Assembly (NCBI GenBank): GCA_964057225.1
Contig: CAXKVF010000077.1
Location: 248,001-312,000, forward strand
Direction of reading: 5' to 3'
Length of the DNA: 64,000 bases
Origin: Auanema rhodensis
Taxonomy: Eukaryota > Animalia > Nematoda
Shown here one piece after another: positions 10,401 to 25,400 of the stretch. The notes under the pieces are model-generated. The model was not told the DNA's origin. It did no database searches and was given only the letters and a program-made list of their open reading frames with translations. The position numbers and the translations under genes were made by a program. Position 1 is the stretch's first letter; each line of letters opens with the position of its first letter.

Positions 10401-13400
10401 GGAATCTAATTTTAAAAACCGCATCTCTTTATCTTTCACGTGAAGCGAGTTACATACCTAGTGCACATCACGTGTACATTTAATTAGCATAAATTAAAGT
10501 TCACGTAAATTTCAAAGTCATAGTTACCATGAACCAATATCAATAAAAATTTGTTTTTAGACTAATATGGACATGGGGAATCTATTTTTGAAAACCGCAT
10601 CTCTTTATCTTTCACGTGAAGCGAGTTACATACCAAGTGCACATCACGTGTACATTTAATTAGCATAAATTAAAGTTCACGTAAATTTCAAAGTCATGGT
10701 TACCATGAACCAATATCAATAAAAATTTGTTTTTAGACTAATATAGACATGGGGAATCTAATTTTGAAAACCGCATCTCTTTATCTTTCACGTGAAGCGA
10801 GTTACATACCAAGTGCACATCACGTGTACATTTAATTAGCATAAATTAAAGTTCACGTAAATTTCAAAGTCATGGTTACCATGAACCAATATCAATAAAA
10901 ATTTGTTTTTAGACTAATATGGACATGGGGAATCTAATTTTGAAAACCGCATCTCTTTATCTTTCACGTGAAGCGAGTTACATACCAAGTGCACATCACG
11001 TGTACATTTAATTAGCATAAATTAAAGTTCACGTAAATTTCAAAGTCATGGTTACCATGAACCAATATCAATAAAAATTTGTTTTTAGACTAATATGGAC
11101 ATGGGGAATCTAATTTTGAAAACCGCATCTTTTTATCTTTCACGTGAAGCGAGTTACATACCAAGTGCACATCACGTGTACATTTAATTAGCATAAATTA
11201 AAGTTCACGTAAATTTAAAAGTCATGGTTACCATGCACCAATATCAATAAAAATTTGTTTTTAGACTAATATGGACATGGGGAATCTAATTTTAAAAACC
11301 GCATCTCTTTATCTTTCACGTGAAGCGAGTTACATACCTAGTGCACATCACGTGTACATTTAATTAGCATAAATTAAAGTTCACGTAAATTTCAAAGTCA
11401 TAGTTACCATGAACCAATATCAATAAAAATTTGTTTTTAGACTAATATGGACATGGGGAATCTAATTTTGAAAACCGCATCTCTTTATCTTTCACGTGAA
11501 GCGAGTTACATACCGAGTGCACATCACGTGTACATTTAATTAGCATAAATTGAAGTTCACGTAAATTTCAAAGTCATGGTTACCATGAAGCAATATCAAT
11601 AAAAATTTGTTTTTAGACTAATATGGACATGGGGAATCTAATTTTGAAAACCGCATCTTTTTATCTTTCACGTGAAGCGAGTTACATACCAAGTGCACAT
11701 CACGTGTACATTTAATTAGCATAAATTAAAGTTCACGTAAATTTCAAAGTCATGGTTACCATGAACCAATATCAATAAAAATTTGTTTTTAGACTAATAT
11801 AGACATGGGGAATCTAATTTTGAAAACCGCATCTCTTTATCTTTCACGTGAAGCGAGTTACATACCAAGTGCACATCACGTGTACATTTAATTAGCATAA
11901 ATTAAAGTTCACGTAAATTTCAAAGTCATGGTTACCATGAACCAATATCAATAAAAATTTGTTTTTAGACTAATATGGACATGGGGAATCTAATTTTGAA
12001 AACCGCATCTCTTTATCTTTCACGTGAAGCGAGTTACATACCAAGTGCACATCACGTGTACATTTAATTAGCATAAATTAAAGTTCACGTAAATTTCAAA
12101 GTCATGGTTACCATCAACCAATATCAATAAAAATTTGTTTTTAGACTAATATGGACATGGGGAATCTAATTTTGAAAACCGCATCTTTTTATCTTTCACG
12201 TGAAGCGAGTTACATACCAAGTGCACATCACGTGTACATTTAATTAGCATAAATTAAAGTTCACGTAAATTTAAAAGTCATGGTTACCATGCACCAATAT
12301 CAATAAAAATTTGTTTTTAGACTAATATGGACATGGGGAATCTAATTTTAAAAACCGCATCTCTTTATCTTTCACGTGAAGCGAGTTACATACCTAGTGC
12401 ACATCACGTGTACATTTAATTAGCATTAATTAAAGTTCACGTAAATTTCAAAGTCATGGTTACCATGAACCAATATCAATAAAAATTTGTTTTTAGACTA
12501 ATATGGACATGGGGAATCTAATTTTGAAAACCGCATTTCTTTATCTTTCACGTGAAGCGAGTTACATACCAAGTGCACATCACGTGTACATTTAATGAGC
12601 ATAAATTAAAGTTCACGTAAATTTCAAAGTCATGGTTACCATGAACCAATATCAATAAAAATTTGTTTTTAGACTAATATGGACATGGGGAATCTAATTT
12701 TAAAAACCGCATCTCTTTATCTTTCACGTGAAGCGAGTTACATACCTAGTGCACATCACGTGTACATTTAATTAGCATAAATTAAAGTTCACGTAAATTT
12801 CAAAGTCATAGTTACCATGAACCAATATCAATAAAAATTTGTTTTTAGACTAATATGGACATGGGGAATCTATTTTTGAAAACCGCATCTCTTTATCTTT
12901 CACGTGAAGCGAGTTACATACCAAGTGCACATCACGTGTACATTTAATGAGCATAAATTAAAGTTCACGTAAATTTCAAAGTCATGGTTACCATGAACCA
13001 ATATCAATAAAAATTTGTTTTTAGACTAATATGGACATGGGGAATCTAATTTTGAAAACCGCATCTCTTTATCTTTCACGTGAAGCGAGTTACATACCAA
13101 GTGCACATCACGTGTACATTTAATTAGCATAAATTGAAGTTCACGTAAATTTCAAAGTCATGGTTACCATGAAGCAATATCAATAAAAATTTGTTTTTAG
13201 ACTAATATGGACATGGGGAATCTAATTTTGAAAACCGCATCTTTTTATTTTTCACGTGAAGCGAGTTACATACCAAGTGCACATCACGTGTACATTTAAT
13301 TAGCATAAATTAAAGTTCACGTAAATTTCAAAGTCATGGTTACCATGAACCAATATCAATAAAAATTTGTTTTTAGACTAATATAGACATGGGGAATCTA

Positions 13401-16400
13401 ATTTTGAAAACCGCATCTCTTTATCTTTCACGTGAAGCGAGTTACATACCAAGTGCACATCACGTGTACATTTAATTAGCATAAATTACAGTTCACGTAA
13501 ATTTCAAAGTCATGGTTACCATGAACCAATATCAATAAAAATTTGTTTTTAGACTAATATGGACATGGGGAATCTAATTTTGAAAACCGCATCTCTTTAT
13601 CTTTCACGTGAAGCGAGTTACATACCAAGTGCACATCACGTGTACATTTAATTAGCATAAATTAAAGTTCACGTAAATTTCAAAGTCATGGTTACCATCA
13701 ACCAATATCAATAAAAATTTGTTTTTAGACTAATATGGACATGGGGAATCTAATTTTGATAACCGCATCTTTTTATCTTTCACGTGAAGCGAGTTACATA
13801 CCAAGTGCACATCACGTGTACATTTAATTAGCATAAATTAAAGTTCACGTAAATTTAAAAGTCATGGTTACCATGCACCAATATCAATAAAAATTTGTTT
13901 TTAGACTAATATGGACATGGGGAATCTAATTTTAAAAACCGCATCTCTTTATCTTTCACGTGAAGCGAGTTACATACCTAGTGCACATCACGTGTACATT
14001 TAATTAGCATAAATTAAAGTTCACGTAAATTTCAAAGTCATAGTTACCATGAACCAATATCAATAAAAATTTGTTTTTAGACTAATATGGACATGGGGAA
14101 TCTATTTTTGAAAACCGCATCTCTTTATCTTTCACGTGAAGCGAGTTACATACCAAGTGCACATCACGTGTACATTTAATGAGCATAAATTAAAGTTCAC
14201 GTAAATTTCAAAGTCATGGTTACCATGAACCAATATCAATAAAAATTTGTTTTTAGACTAATATGGACATGGGGAATCTAATTTTGAAAACCGCATCTCT
14301 TTATCTTTCACGTGAAGCGAGTTACATACCAAGTGCACATCACGTGTACATTTAATTAGCATAAATTGAAGTTCACGTAAATTTCAAAGTCATGGTTACC
14401 ATGAAGCAATATCAATAAAAATTTGTTTTTAGACTAATATGGACATGGGGAATCTAATTTTGAAAACCGCATCTTTTTATCTTTCACGTGAAGCGAGTTA
14501 CATACCAAGTGCACATCACGTGTACATTTAATTAGCATAAATTAAAGTTCACGTAAATTTCAAAGTCATGGTTACCATGAACCAATATCAATAAAAATTT
14601 GTTTTTAGACTAATATAGACATGGGGAATCTAATTTTGAAAACCGCATCTCTTTATCTTTCACGTGAAGCGAGTTACATACCAAGTGCACATCACGTGTA
14701 CATTTAATTAGCATAAATTAAAGTTCACGTAAATTTCAAAGTCATGGTTACCATGAACCAATATCAATAAAAATTTGTTTTTAGACTAATATGGACATGG
14801 GGAATCTAATTTTGAAAACCGCATCTCTTTATCTTTCACGTGAAGCGAGTTACATACCAAGTGCACATCACGTGTACATTTAATTAGCATAAATTAAAGT
14901 TCACGTAAATTTCAAAGTCATGGTTACCATGAACCAATATCAATAAAAATTTGTTTTTAGACTAATATGGACATGGGGAATCTAATTTTGAAAACCGCAT
15001 CTTTTTATCTTTCACGTGAAGCGAGTTACATACCAAGTGCACATCACGTGTACATTTAATTAGCATAAATTAAAGTTCACGTAAATTTAAAAGTCATGGT
15101 TACCATGCACCAATATCAATAAAAATTTGTTTTTAGACTAATATGGACATGGGGAATCTAATTTTAAAAACCGCATCTCTTTATCTTTCACGTGAAGCGA
15201 GTTACATACCTAGTGCACATCACGTGTACATTTAATTAGCATAAATTAAAGTTCACGTAAATTTCAAAGTCATAGTTACCATGAACCAATATCAATAAAA
15301 ATTTGTTTTTAGACTAATATGGACATGGGGAATCTATTTTTGAAAACCGCATCTCTTTATCTTTCACGTGAAGCGAGTTACATACCAAGTGCACATCACG
15401 TGTACATTTAATGAGCATAAATTAAAGTTCACGTAAATTTCAAAGTCATGGTTACCATGAACTAATATCAATAAAAATTTGTTTTTAGACTAATATGGAC
15501 ATGGGGAATCTAATTTTGAAAACCGCATCTCTTTATCTTTCACGTGAAGCGAGTTACATACCAAGTGCACATCACGTGTACATTTAATTAGCATAAATTA
15601 AAGTTCACGTAAATTTCAAAGTCATGGTTACCATGAACCAATATCAATAAAAATTTGTGTTAAGACTAATATGGACATGGGGAATCTAATTTTGAAAACC
15701 GCATCTCTTTATCTTTCACGTGAAGCGAGTTACATACCAAGTGCACATCACGTGTACATTTAATTAGCATAAATTAAAGTTCACGTAAATTTCAAAGTCA
15801 TGGTTACCATGAACTAATATCAATAAAAATTTGTTTTTAGACTAATATGGACATGGGGAATCTAATTTTGAAAACCGCATCTCTTTATCTTTCACGTGAA
15901 GCGAGTTACATACCAAGTGCACATCACGTGTACATTTAATTAGCATAAATTAAAGTTCACGTAAATTTCAAAGTCATGGTTACCATGAACCAATATCAAT
16001 GAAAATTTGTGTTAAGACTAATATGGACATGGGGAATCTAATTTTGAAAACCGCATCTCTTTATCTTTCACGTGAAGCGAGTTACATACCAAGTGCACAT
16101 CACGTGTACATTTAATTAGCATAAATTAAAGTTCACGTAAATTTCAAAGTCATGGTTACCATGAACCAATATCAATAAAAATTTGTTTTTAGACTAATAT
16201 GGACATGGGGAATCTAATTTTGAAAACCGCATCTCTTTATCTTTCACGTGAAGCGAGTTACATACCAAGTGCACATCACGTGTACATTTAATTAGCATAA
16301 ATTAAAGTTCACGTAAATTTCAAAGTCATGGTTACCATGAACCAATATCAATAAAAATTTGTTTTTAGACTAATATGGACATGGGGAATCTAATTTTGAA

Positions 16401-19400
16401 AACCGCATCTCTTTATCTTTCACGTGAAGCGAGTTACATACCAAGTGCACATCACGTGTACATTTAATTAGCATAAATTAAAGTTCACGTAAATTTCAAA
16501 GTCATGGTTACCATGAACCAATATCAATAAAAATTTGTTTTTAGACTAATATGGACATGGGGAATCTAATTTTGAAAACCGCATCTCTTTATCTTTCACG
16601 TGAAGCGAGTTACATACCAAGTGCACATCACGTGTACATTTAATTAGCATAAATTAAAGTTCACGTAAATTTCAAAGTCATGGTTACCATGAACCAATAT
16701 CAATGAAAATTTGTTTTTAGACTAATATGGACATGGGGAATCTAATTTTGAAAACCGCATCTCTTTATCTTTCACGTGAAGCGAGTTACATACCAAGTGC
16801 ACATCACGTGTACATTTAATTAGCATAAATTAAAGTTCACGTAAATTTCAAAGTCATGGTTACCATGCACCAATATCAATAAAAATTTGTTTTTAGACTA
16901 ATATGGACATGGGGAATCTAATTTTGAAAACCGCATCTCTTTATCTTTCACGTGAAGCGAGTTACATACCAAGTGCACATCACGTGTACATTTAATTAGC
17001 ATAAATTAAAGTTCACGTAAATTTCAAAGTCATGGTTACCATGCACCAATATCAATAAAAATTTGTTTTTAGACTAATATGGACATGGGAAATCTAATTT
17101 TGAAAACCGCATCTCTTTATCTTTCACGTGAAGCGAGTTACATACCAAGTGCACATCACGTGTACATTTAATTAGCATAAATTAAAGTTCACGTAAATTT
17201 CAAAGTCATGGTTACCATGAACCAATATCAATAAAAATTTGTTTTTAGACTAATATGGACATGGGGAATCTAATTTTGAAAACCGCATCTCTTTATCTTT
17301 CACGTGAAGCGAGTTACATACCAAGTGCACATCACGTGTACATTTAATTAGCATAAATTGAAGTTCACGTAAATTTCAAAGTCATGGTTACCATGAAGCA
17401 ATATCAATAAAAATTTGTTTTTAGACTAATATGGACATGGGGAATCTAATTTTGAAAACCGCATCTTTTTATCTTTCACGTGAAGCGAGTTACATACCAA
17501 GTGCACATCACGTGTACATTTAATTAGCATAAATTAAAGTTCACGTAAATTTCAAAGTCATGGTTACCATGAACCAATATCAATAAAAATTTGTTTTTAG
17601 ACTAATATAGACATGGGGAATCTAATTTTGAAAACCGCATCTCTTTATCTTTCACGTGAAGCGAGTTACATACCAAGTGCACATCACGTGTACATTTAAT
17701 TAGCATAAATTAAAGTTCACGTAAATTTCAAAGTCATGGTTACCATGAACCAATATCAATAAAAATTTGTTTTTAGACTAATATGGACATGGGGAATCTA
17801 ATTTTGAAAACCGCATCTCTTTATCTTTCACGTGAAGCGAGTTACATACCAAGTGCACATCACGTGTACATTTAATTAGCATAAATTAAAGTTCACGTAA
17901 ATTTCAAAGTCATGGTTACCATGAACCAATATCAATAAAAATTTGTTTTTAGACTAATATGGACATGGGGAATCTAATTTTGAAAACCGCATCTTTTTAT
18001 CTTTCACGTGAAGCGAGTTACATACCAAGTGCACATCACGTGTACATTTAATTAGCATAAATTAAAGTTCACGTAAATTTAAAAGTCATGGTTACCATGC
18101 ACCAATATCAATAAAAATTTGTTTTTAGACTAATATGGACATGGGGAATCTAATTTTAAAAACCGCATCTCTTTATCTTTCACGTGAAGCGAGTTACATA
18201 CCTAGTGCACATCACGTGTACATTTAATTAGCATAAATTAAAGTTCACGTAAATTTCAAAGTCATAGTTACCATGAACCAATATCAATAAAAATTTGTTT
18301 TTAGACTAATATGGACATGGGGAATCTATTTTTGAAAACCGCATCTCTTTATCTTTCACGTGAAGCGAGTTACATACCAAGTGCACATCACGTGTACATT
18401 TAATGAGCATAAATTAAAGTTCACGTAAATTTCAAAGTCATGGTTACCATGAACCAATATCAATAAAAATTTGTTTTTAGACTAATATGGACATGGGGAA
18501 TCTAATTTTGAAAACCGCATCTCTTTATCTTTCACGTGAAGCGAGTTACATACCAAGTGCACATCACGTGTACATTTAATTAGCATAAATTGAAGTTCAC
18601 GTAAATTTCAAAGTCATGGTTACCATGAAGCAATATCAATAAAAATTTGTTTTTAGACTAATATGGACATGGGGAATCTAATTTTGAAAACCGCATCTTT
18701 TTATCTTTCACGTGAAGCGAGTTACATACCAAGTGCACATCACGTGTACATTTAATTAGCATAAATTAAAGTTCACGTAAATTTCAAAGTCATGGTTACC
18801 ATGAACCAATATCAATAAAAATTTGTTTTTAGACTAATATAGACATGGGGAATCTAATTTTGAAAACCGCATCTCTTTATCTTTCACGTGAAGCGAGTTA
18901 CATACCAAGTGCACATCACGTGTACATTTAATTAGCATAAATTAAAGTTCACGTAAATTTCAAAGTCATGGTTACCATGAACCAATATCAATAAAAATTT
19001 GTTTTTAGACTAATATGGACATAGGGAATCTAATTTTGAAAACCGCATCTCTTTATCTTTCACGTGAAGCGAGTTACATACCAAGTGCACATCACGTGTA
19101 CATTTAATTAGCATAAATTAAAGTTCACGTAAATTTCAAAGTCATGGTTACCATCAACCAATATCAATAAAAATTTGTTTTTAGACTAATATGGACATGG
19201 GGAATCTAATTTTGAAAACCGCATCTTTTTATCTTTCACGTGAAGCGAGTTACATACCAAGTGCACATCACGTGTACATTTAATTAGCATAAATTAAAGT
19301 TCACGTAAATTTAAAAGTCATGGTTACCATGCACCAATATCAATAAAAATTTGTTTTTAGACTAATATGGACATGGGGAATCTAATTTTAAAAACCGCAT

Positions 19401-22400
19401 CTCTTTATCTTTCACGTGAAGCGAGTTACATACCTAGTGCACATCACGTGTACATTTAATTAGCATAAATTAAAGTTCACGTAAATTTAAAAGTCATGGT
19501 TACCATGCACCAATATCAATAAAAATTTGTTTTTAGACTAATATGGACATGGGGAATCTAATTTTAAAAACCGCATCTCTTTATCTTTCACGTGAAGCGA
19601 GTTACATACCTAGTGCACATCACGTGTACATTTAATTAGCATAAATTAAAGTTCACGTAAATTTCAAAGTCATAGTTACCATGAACCAATATCAATAAAA
19701 ATTTGTTTTTAGACTAATATGGACATGGGGAATCTAATTTTGAAAACCGCATCTCTTTATCTTTCACGTGAAGCGAGTTACATACCAAGTGCACATCACG
19801 TGTACATTTAATTAGCATAAATTAAAGTTCACGTAAATTTCAAAGTCATGGTTACCATGAACCAATATCAATAAAAATTTGTTTTTAGACTAATATGGAC
19901 ATGGGGAATCTAATTTTGAAAACCGCATCTTTTTATCTTTCACGTGAAGCGAGTTACATACCAAGTGCACATCACGTGTACATTTAATTAGCATAAATTA
20001 AAGTTCACGTAAATTTAAAAGTCATGGTTACCATGCACCAATATCAATAAAAATTTGTTTTTAGACTAATATGGACATGGGGAATCTAATTTTAAAAACC
20101 GCATCTCTTTATCTTTCACGTGAAGCGAGTTACATACCTAGTGCACATCACGTGTACATTTAATTAGCATAAATTAAAGTTCACGTAAATTTCAAAGTCA
20201 TAGTTACCATGAACCAATATCAATAAAAATTTGTTTTTAGACTAATATGGACATGGGGAATCTATTTTTGAAAACCGCATCTCTTTATCTTTCACGTGAA
20301 GCGAGTTACATACCAAGTGCACATCACGTGTACATTTAATGAGCATAAATTAAAGTTCACGTAAATTTCAAAGTCATGGTTACCATGAACCAATATCAAT
20401 AAAAATTTGTTTTTAGACTAATATGGACATGGGGAATCTAATTTTGAAAACCGCATCTCTTTATCTTTCACGTGAAGCGAGTTACATACCAAGTGCACAT
20501 CACGTGTACATTTAATTAGCATAAATTGAAGTTCACGTAAATTTCAAAGTCATGGTTACCATGAAGCAATATCAATAAAAATTTGTTTTTAGACTAATAT
20601 GGACATGGGGAATCTAATTTTGAAAACCGCATCTTTTTATCTTTCACGTGAAGCGAGTTACATACCAAGTGCACATCACGTGTACATTTAATTAGCATAA
20701 ATTAAAGTTCACGTAAATTTCAAAGTCATGGTTACCATGAACCAATATCAATAAAAATTTGTTTTTAGACTAATATAGACATGGGGAATCTAATTTTGAA
20801 AACCGCATCTCTTTATCTTTCACGTGAAGCGAGTTACATACCAAGTGCACATCACGTGTACATTTAATTAGCATAAATTAAAGTTCACGTAAATTTCAAA
20901 GTCATGGTTACCATGAACCAATATCAATAAAAATTTGTTTTTAGACTAATATGGACATGGGGAATCTAATTTTGAAAACCGCATCTCTTTATCTTTCACG
21001 TGAAGCGAGTTACATACCAAGTGCACATCACGTGTACATTTAATTAGCATAAATTAAAGTTCACGTAAATTTCAAAGTCATGGTTACCATCAACCAATAT
21101 CAATAAAAATTTGTTTTTAGACTAATATGGACATGGGGAATCTAATTTTGAAAACCGCATCTTTTTATCTTTCACGTGAAGCGAGTTACATACCAAGTGC
21201 ACATCACGTGTACATTTAATTAGCATAAATTAAAGTTCACGTAAATTTAAAAGTCATGGTTACCATGCACCAATATCAATAAAAATTTGTTTTTAGACTA
21301 ATATGGACATGGGGAATCTAATTTTAAAAACCGCATCTCTTTATCTTTCACGTGAAGCGAGTTACATACCTAGTGCACATCACGTGTACATTTAATTAGC
21401 ATAAATTAAAGTTCACGTAAATTTCAAAGTCATAGTTACCATGAACCAATATCAATAAAAATTTGTTTTTAGACTAATATGGACATGGGGAATCTATTTT
21501 TGAAAACCGCATCTCTTTATCTTTCACGTGAAGCGAGTTACATACCAAGTGCACATCACGTGTACATTTAATGAGCATAAATTAAAGTTCACGTAAATTT
21601 CAAAGTCATGGTTACCATGAACCAATATCAATAAAAATTTGTTTTTAGACTAATATGGACATGGGGAATCTAATTTTGAAAACCGCATCTCTTTATCTTT
21701 CACGTGAAGCGAGTTACATACCAAGTGCACATCACGTGTACATTTAATTAGCATAAATTGAAGTTCACGTAAATTTCAAAGTCATGGTTACCATGAAGCA
21801 ATATCAATAAAAATTTGTTTTTAGACTAATATGGACATGGGGAATCTAATTTTGAAAACCGCATCTTTTTATCTTTCACGTGAAGCGAGTTACATACCAA
21901 GTGCACATCACGTGTACATTTAATTAGCATAAATTAAAGTTCACGTAAATTTCAAAGTCATGGTTACCATGAACCAATATCAATAAAAATTTGTTTTTAG
22001 ACTAATATAGACATGGGGAATCTAATTTTGAAAACCGCATCTCTTTATCTTTCACGTGAAGCGAGTTACATACCAAGTGCACATCACGTGTACATTTAAT
22101 TAGCATAAATTAAAGTTCACGTAAATTTCAAAGTCATGGTTACCATGAACCAATATCAATAAAAATTTGTTTTTAGACTAATATGGACATGGGGAATCTA
22201 ATTTTGAAAACCGCATCTCTTTATCTTTCACGTGAAGCGAGTTACATACCAAGTGCACATCACGTGTACATTTAATTAGCATAAATTAAAGTTCACGTAA
22301 ATTTCAAAGTCATGGTTACCATCAACCAATATCAATAAAAATTTGTTTTTAGACTAATATGGACATGGGGAATCTAATTTTGAAAACCGCATCTTTTTAT

Positions 22401-25400
22401 CTTTCACGTGAAGCGAGTTACATACCAAGTGCACATCACGTGTACATTTAATTAGCATAAATTAAAGTTCACGTAAATTTAAAAGTCATGGTTACCATGC
22501 ACCAATATCAATAAAAATTTGTTTTTAGACTAATATGGACATGGGGAATCTAATTTTAAAAACCGCATCTCTTTATCTTTCACGTGAAGCGAGTTACATA
22601 CCTAGTGCACATCACGTGTACATTTAATTAGCATAAATTAAAGTTCACGTAAATTTCAAAGTCATAGTTACCATGAACCAATATCAATAAAAATTTGTTT
22701 TTAGACTAATATGGACATGGGGAATCTATTTTTGAAAACCGCATCTCTTTATCTTTCACGTGAAGCGAGTTACATACCAAGTGCACATCACGTGTACATT
22801 TAATGAGCATAAATTAAAGTTCACGTAAATTTCAAAGTCATGGTTACCATGAACCAATATCAATAAAAATTTGTTTTTAGACTAATATGGACATGGGGAA
22901 TCTAATTTTGAAAACCGCATCTCTTTATCTTTCACGTGAAGCGAGTTACATACCAAGTGCACATCACGTGTACATTTAATTAGCATAAATTGAAGTTCAC
23001 GTAAATTTCAAAGTCATGGTTACCATGAAGCAATATCAATAAAAATTTGTTTTTAGACTAATATGGACATGGGGAATCTAATTTTGAAAACCGCATCTTT
23101 TTATCTTTCACGTGAAGCGAGTTACATACCAAGTGCACATCACGTGTACATTTAATTAGCATAAATTAAAGTTCACGTAAATTTCAAAGTCATGGTTACC
23201 ATGAACCAATATCAATAAAAATTTGTTTTTAGACTAATATAGACATGGGGAATCTAATTTTGAAAACCGCATCTCTTTATCTTTCACGTGAAGCGAGTTA
23301 CATACCAAGTGCACATCACGTGTACATTTAATTAGCATAAATTAAAGTTCACGTAAATTTCAAAGTCATGGTTACCATGAACCAATATCAATAAAAATTT
23401 GTTTTTAGACTAATATGGACATGGGGAATCTAATTTTGAAAACCGCATCTCTTTATCTTTCACGTGAAGCGAGTTACATACCAAGTGCACATCACGTGTA
23501 CATTTAATTAGCATAAATTAAAGTTCACGTAAATTTCAAAGTCATGGTTACCATGAACCAATATCAATGAAAATTTGTTTTTAGACTAATATGGACATGG
23601 GGAATCTAATTTTGAAAACCGCATCTCTTTATCTTTCACGTGAAGCGAGTTACATACCAAGTGCACATCACGTGTACATTTAATTAGCATAAATTAAAGT
23701 TCACGTAAATTTCAAAGTCATGGTTACCATGCACCAATATCAATAAAAATTTGTTTTTAGACTAATATGGACATGGGGAATCTAATTTTGAAAACCGCAT
23801 CTCTTTATCTTTCACGTGAAGCGAGTTACATACCAAGTGCACATCACGTGTACATTTAATTAGCATAAATTAAAGTTCACGTAAATTTCAAAGTCATGGT
23901 TACCATGCACCAATATCAATAAAAATTTGTTTTTAGACTAATATGGACATGGGAAATCTAATTTTGAAAACCGCATCTCTTTATCTTTCACGTGAAGCGA
24001 GTTACATACCAAGTGCACATCACGTGTACATTTAATTAGCATAAATTAAAGTTCACGTAAATTTCAAAGTCATGGTTACCATGAACCAATATCAATAAAA
24101 ATTTGTTTTTAGACTAATATGGACATGGGGAATCTAATTTTGAAAACCGCATCTCTTTATCTTTCACGTGAAGCGAGTTACATACCAAGTGCACATCACG
24201 TGTACATTTAATTAGCATAAATTGAAGTTCACGTAAATTTCAAAGTCATGGTTACCATGAAGCAATATCAATAAAAATTTGTTTTTAGACTAATATGGAC
24301 ATGGGGAATCTAATTTTGAAAACCGCATCTTTTTATCTTTCACGTGAAGCGAGTTACATACCAAGTGCACATCACGTGTACATTTAATTAGCATAAATTA
24401 AAGTTCACGTAAATTTCAAAGTCATGGTTACCATGAACCAATATCAATAAAAATTTGTTTTTAGACTAATATAGACATGGGGAATCTAATTTTGAAAACC
24501 GCATCTCTTTATCTTTCACGTGAAGCGAGTTACATACCAAGTGCACATCACGTGTACATTTAATTAGCATAAATTAAAGTTCACGTAAATTTCAAAGTCA
24601 TGGTTACCATGAACCAATATCAATAAAAATTTGTTTTTAGACTAATATGGACATGGGGAATCTAATTTTGAAAACCGCATCTCTTTATCTTTCACGTGAA
24701 GCGAGTTACATACCAAGTGCACATCACGTGTACATTTAATTAGCATAAATTAAAGTTCACGTAAATTTCAAAGTCATGGTTACCATGAACCAATATCAAT
24801 AAAAATTTGTTTTTAGACTAATATGGACATGGGGAATCTAATTTTGAAAACCGCATCTTTTTATCTTTCACGTGAAGCGAGTTACATACCAAGTGCACAT
24901 CACGTGTACATTTAATTAGCATAAATTAAAGTTCACGTAAATTTAAAAGTCATGGTTACCATGCACCAATATCAATAAAAATTTGTTTTTAGACTAATAT
25001 GGACATGGGGAATCTAATTTTAAAAACCGCATCTCTTTATCTTTCACGTGAAGCGAGTTACATACCTAGTGCACATCACGTGTACATTTAATTAGCATAA
25101 ATTAAAGTTCACGTAAATTTCAAAGTCATAGTTACCATGAACCAATATCAATAAAAATTTGTTTTTAGACTAATATGGACATGGGGAATCTATTTTTGAA
25201 AACCGCATCTCTTTATCTTTCACGTGAAGCGAGTTACATACCAAGTGCACATCACGTGTACATTTAATGAGCATAAATTAAAGTTCACGTAAATTTCAAA
25301 GTCATGGTTACCATGAACCAATATCAATAAAAATTTGTTTTTAGACTAATATGGACATGGGGAATCTAATTTTGAAAACCGCATCTCTTTATCTTTCACG

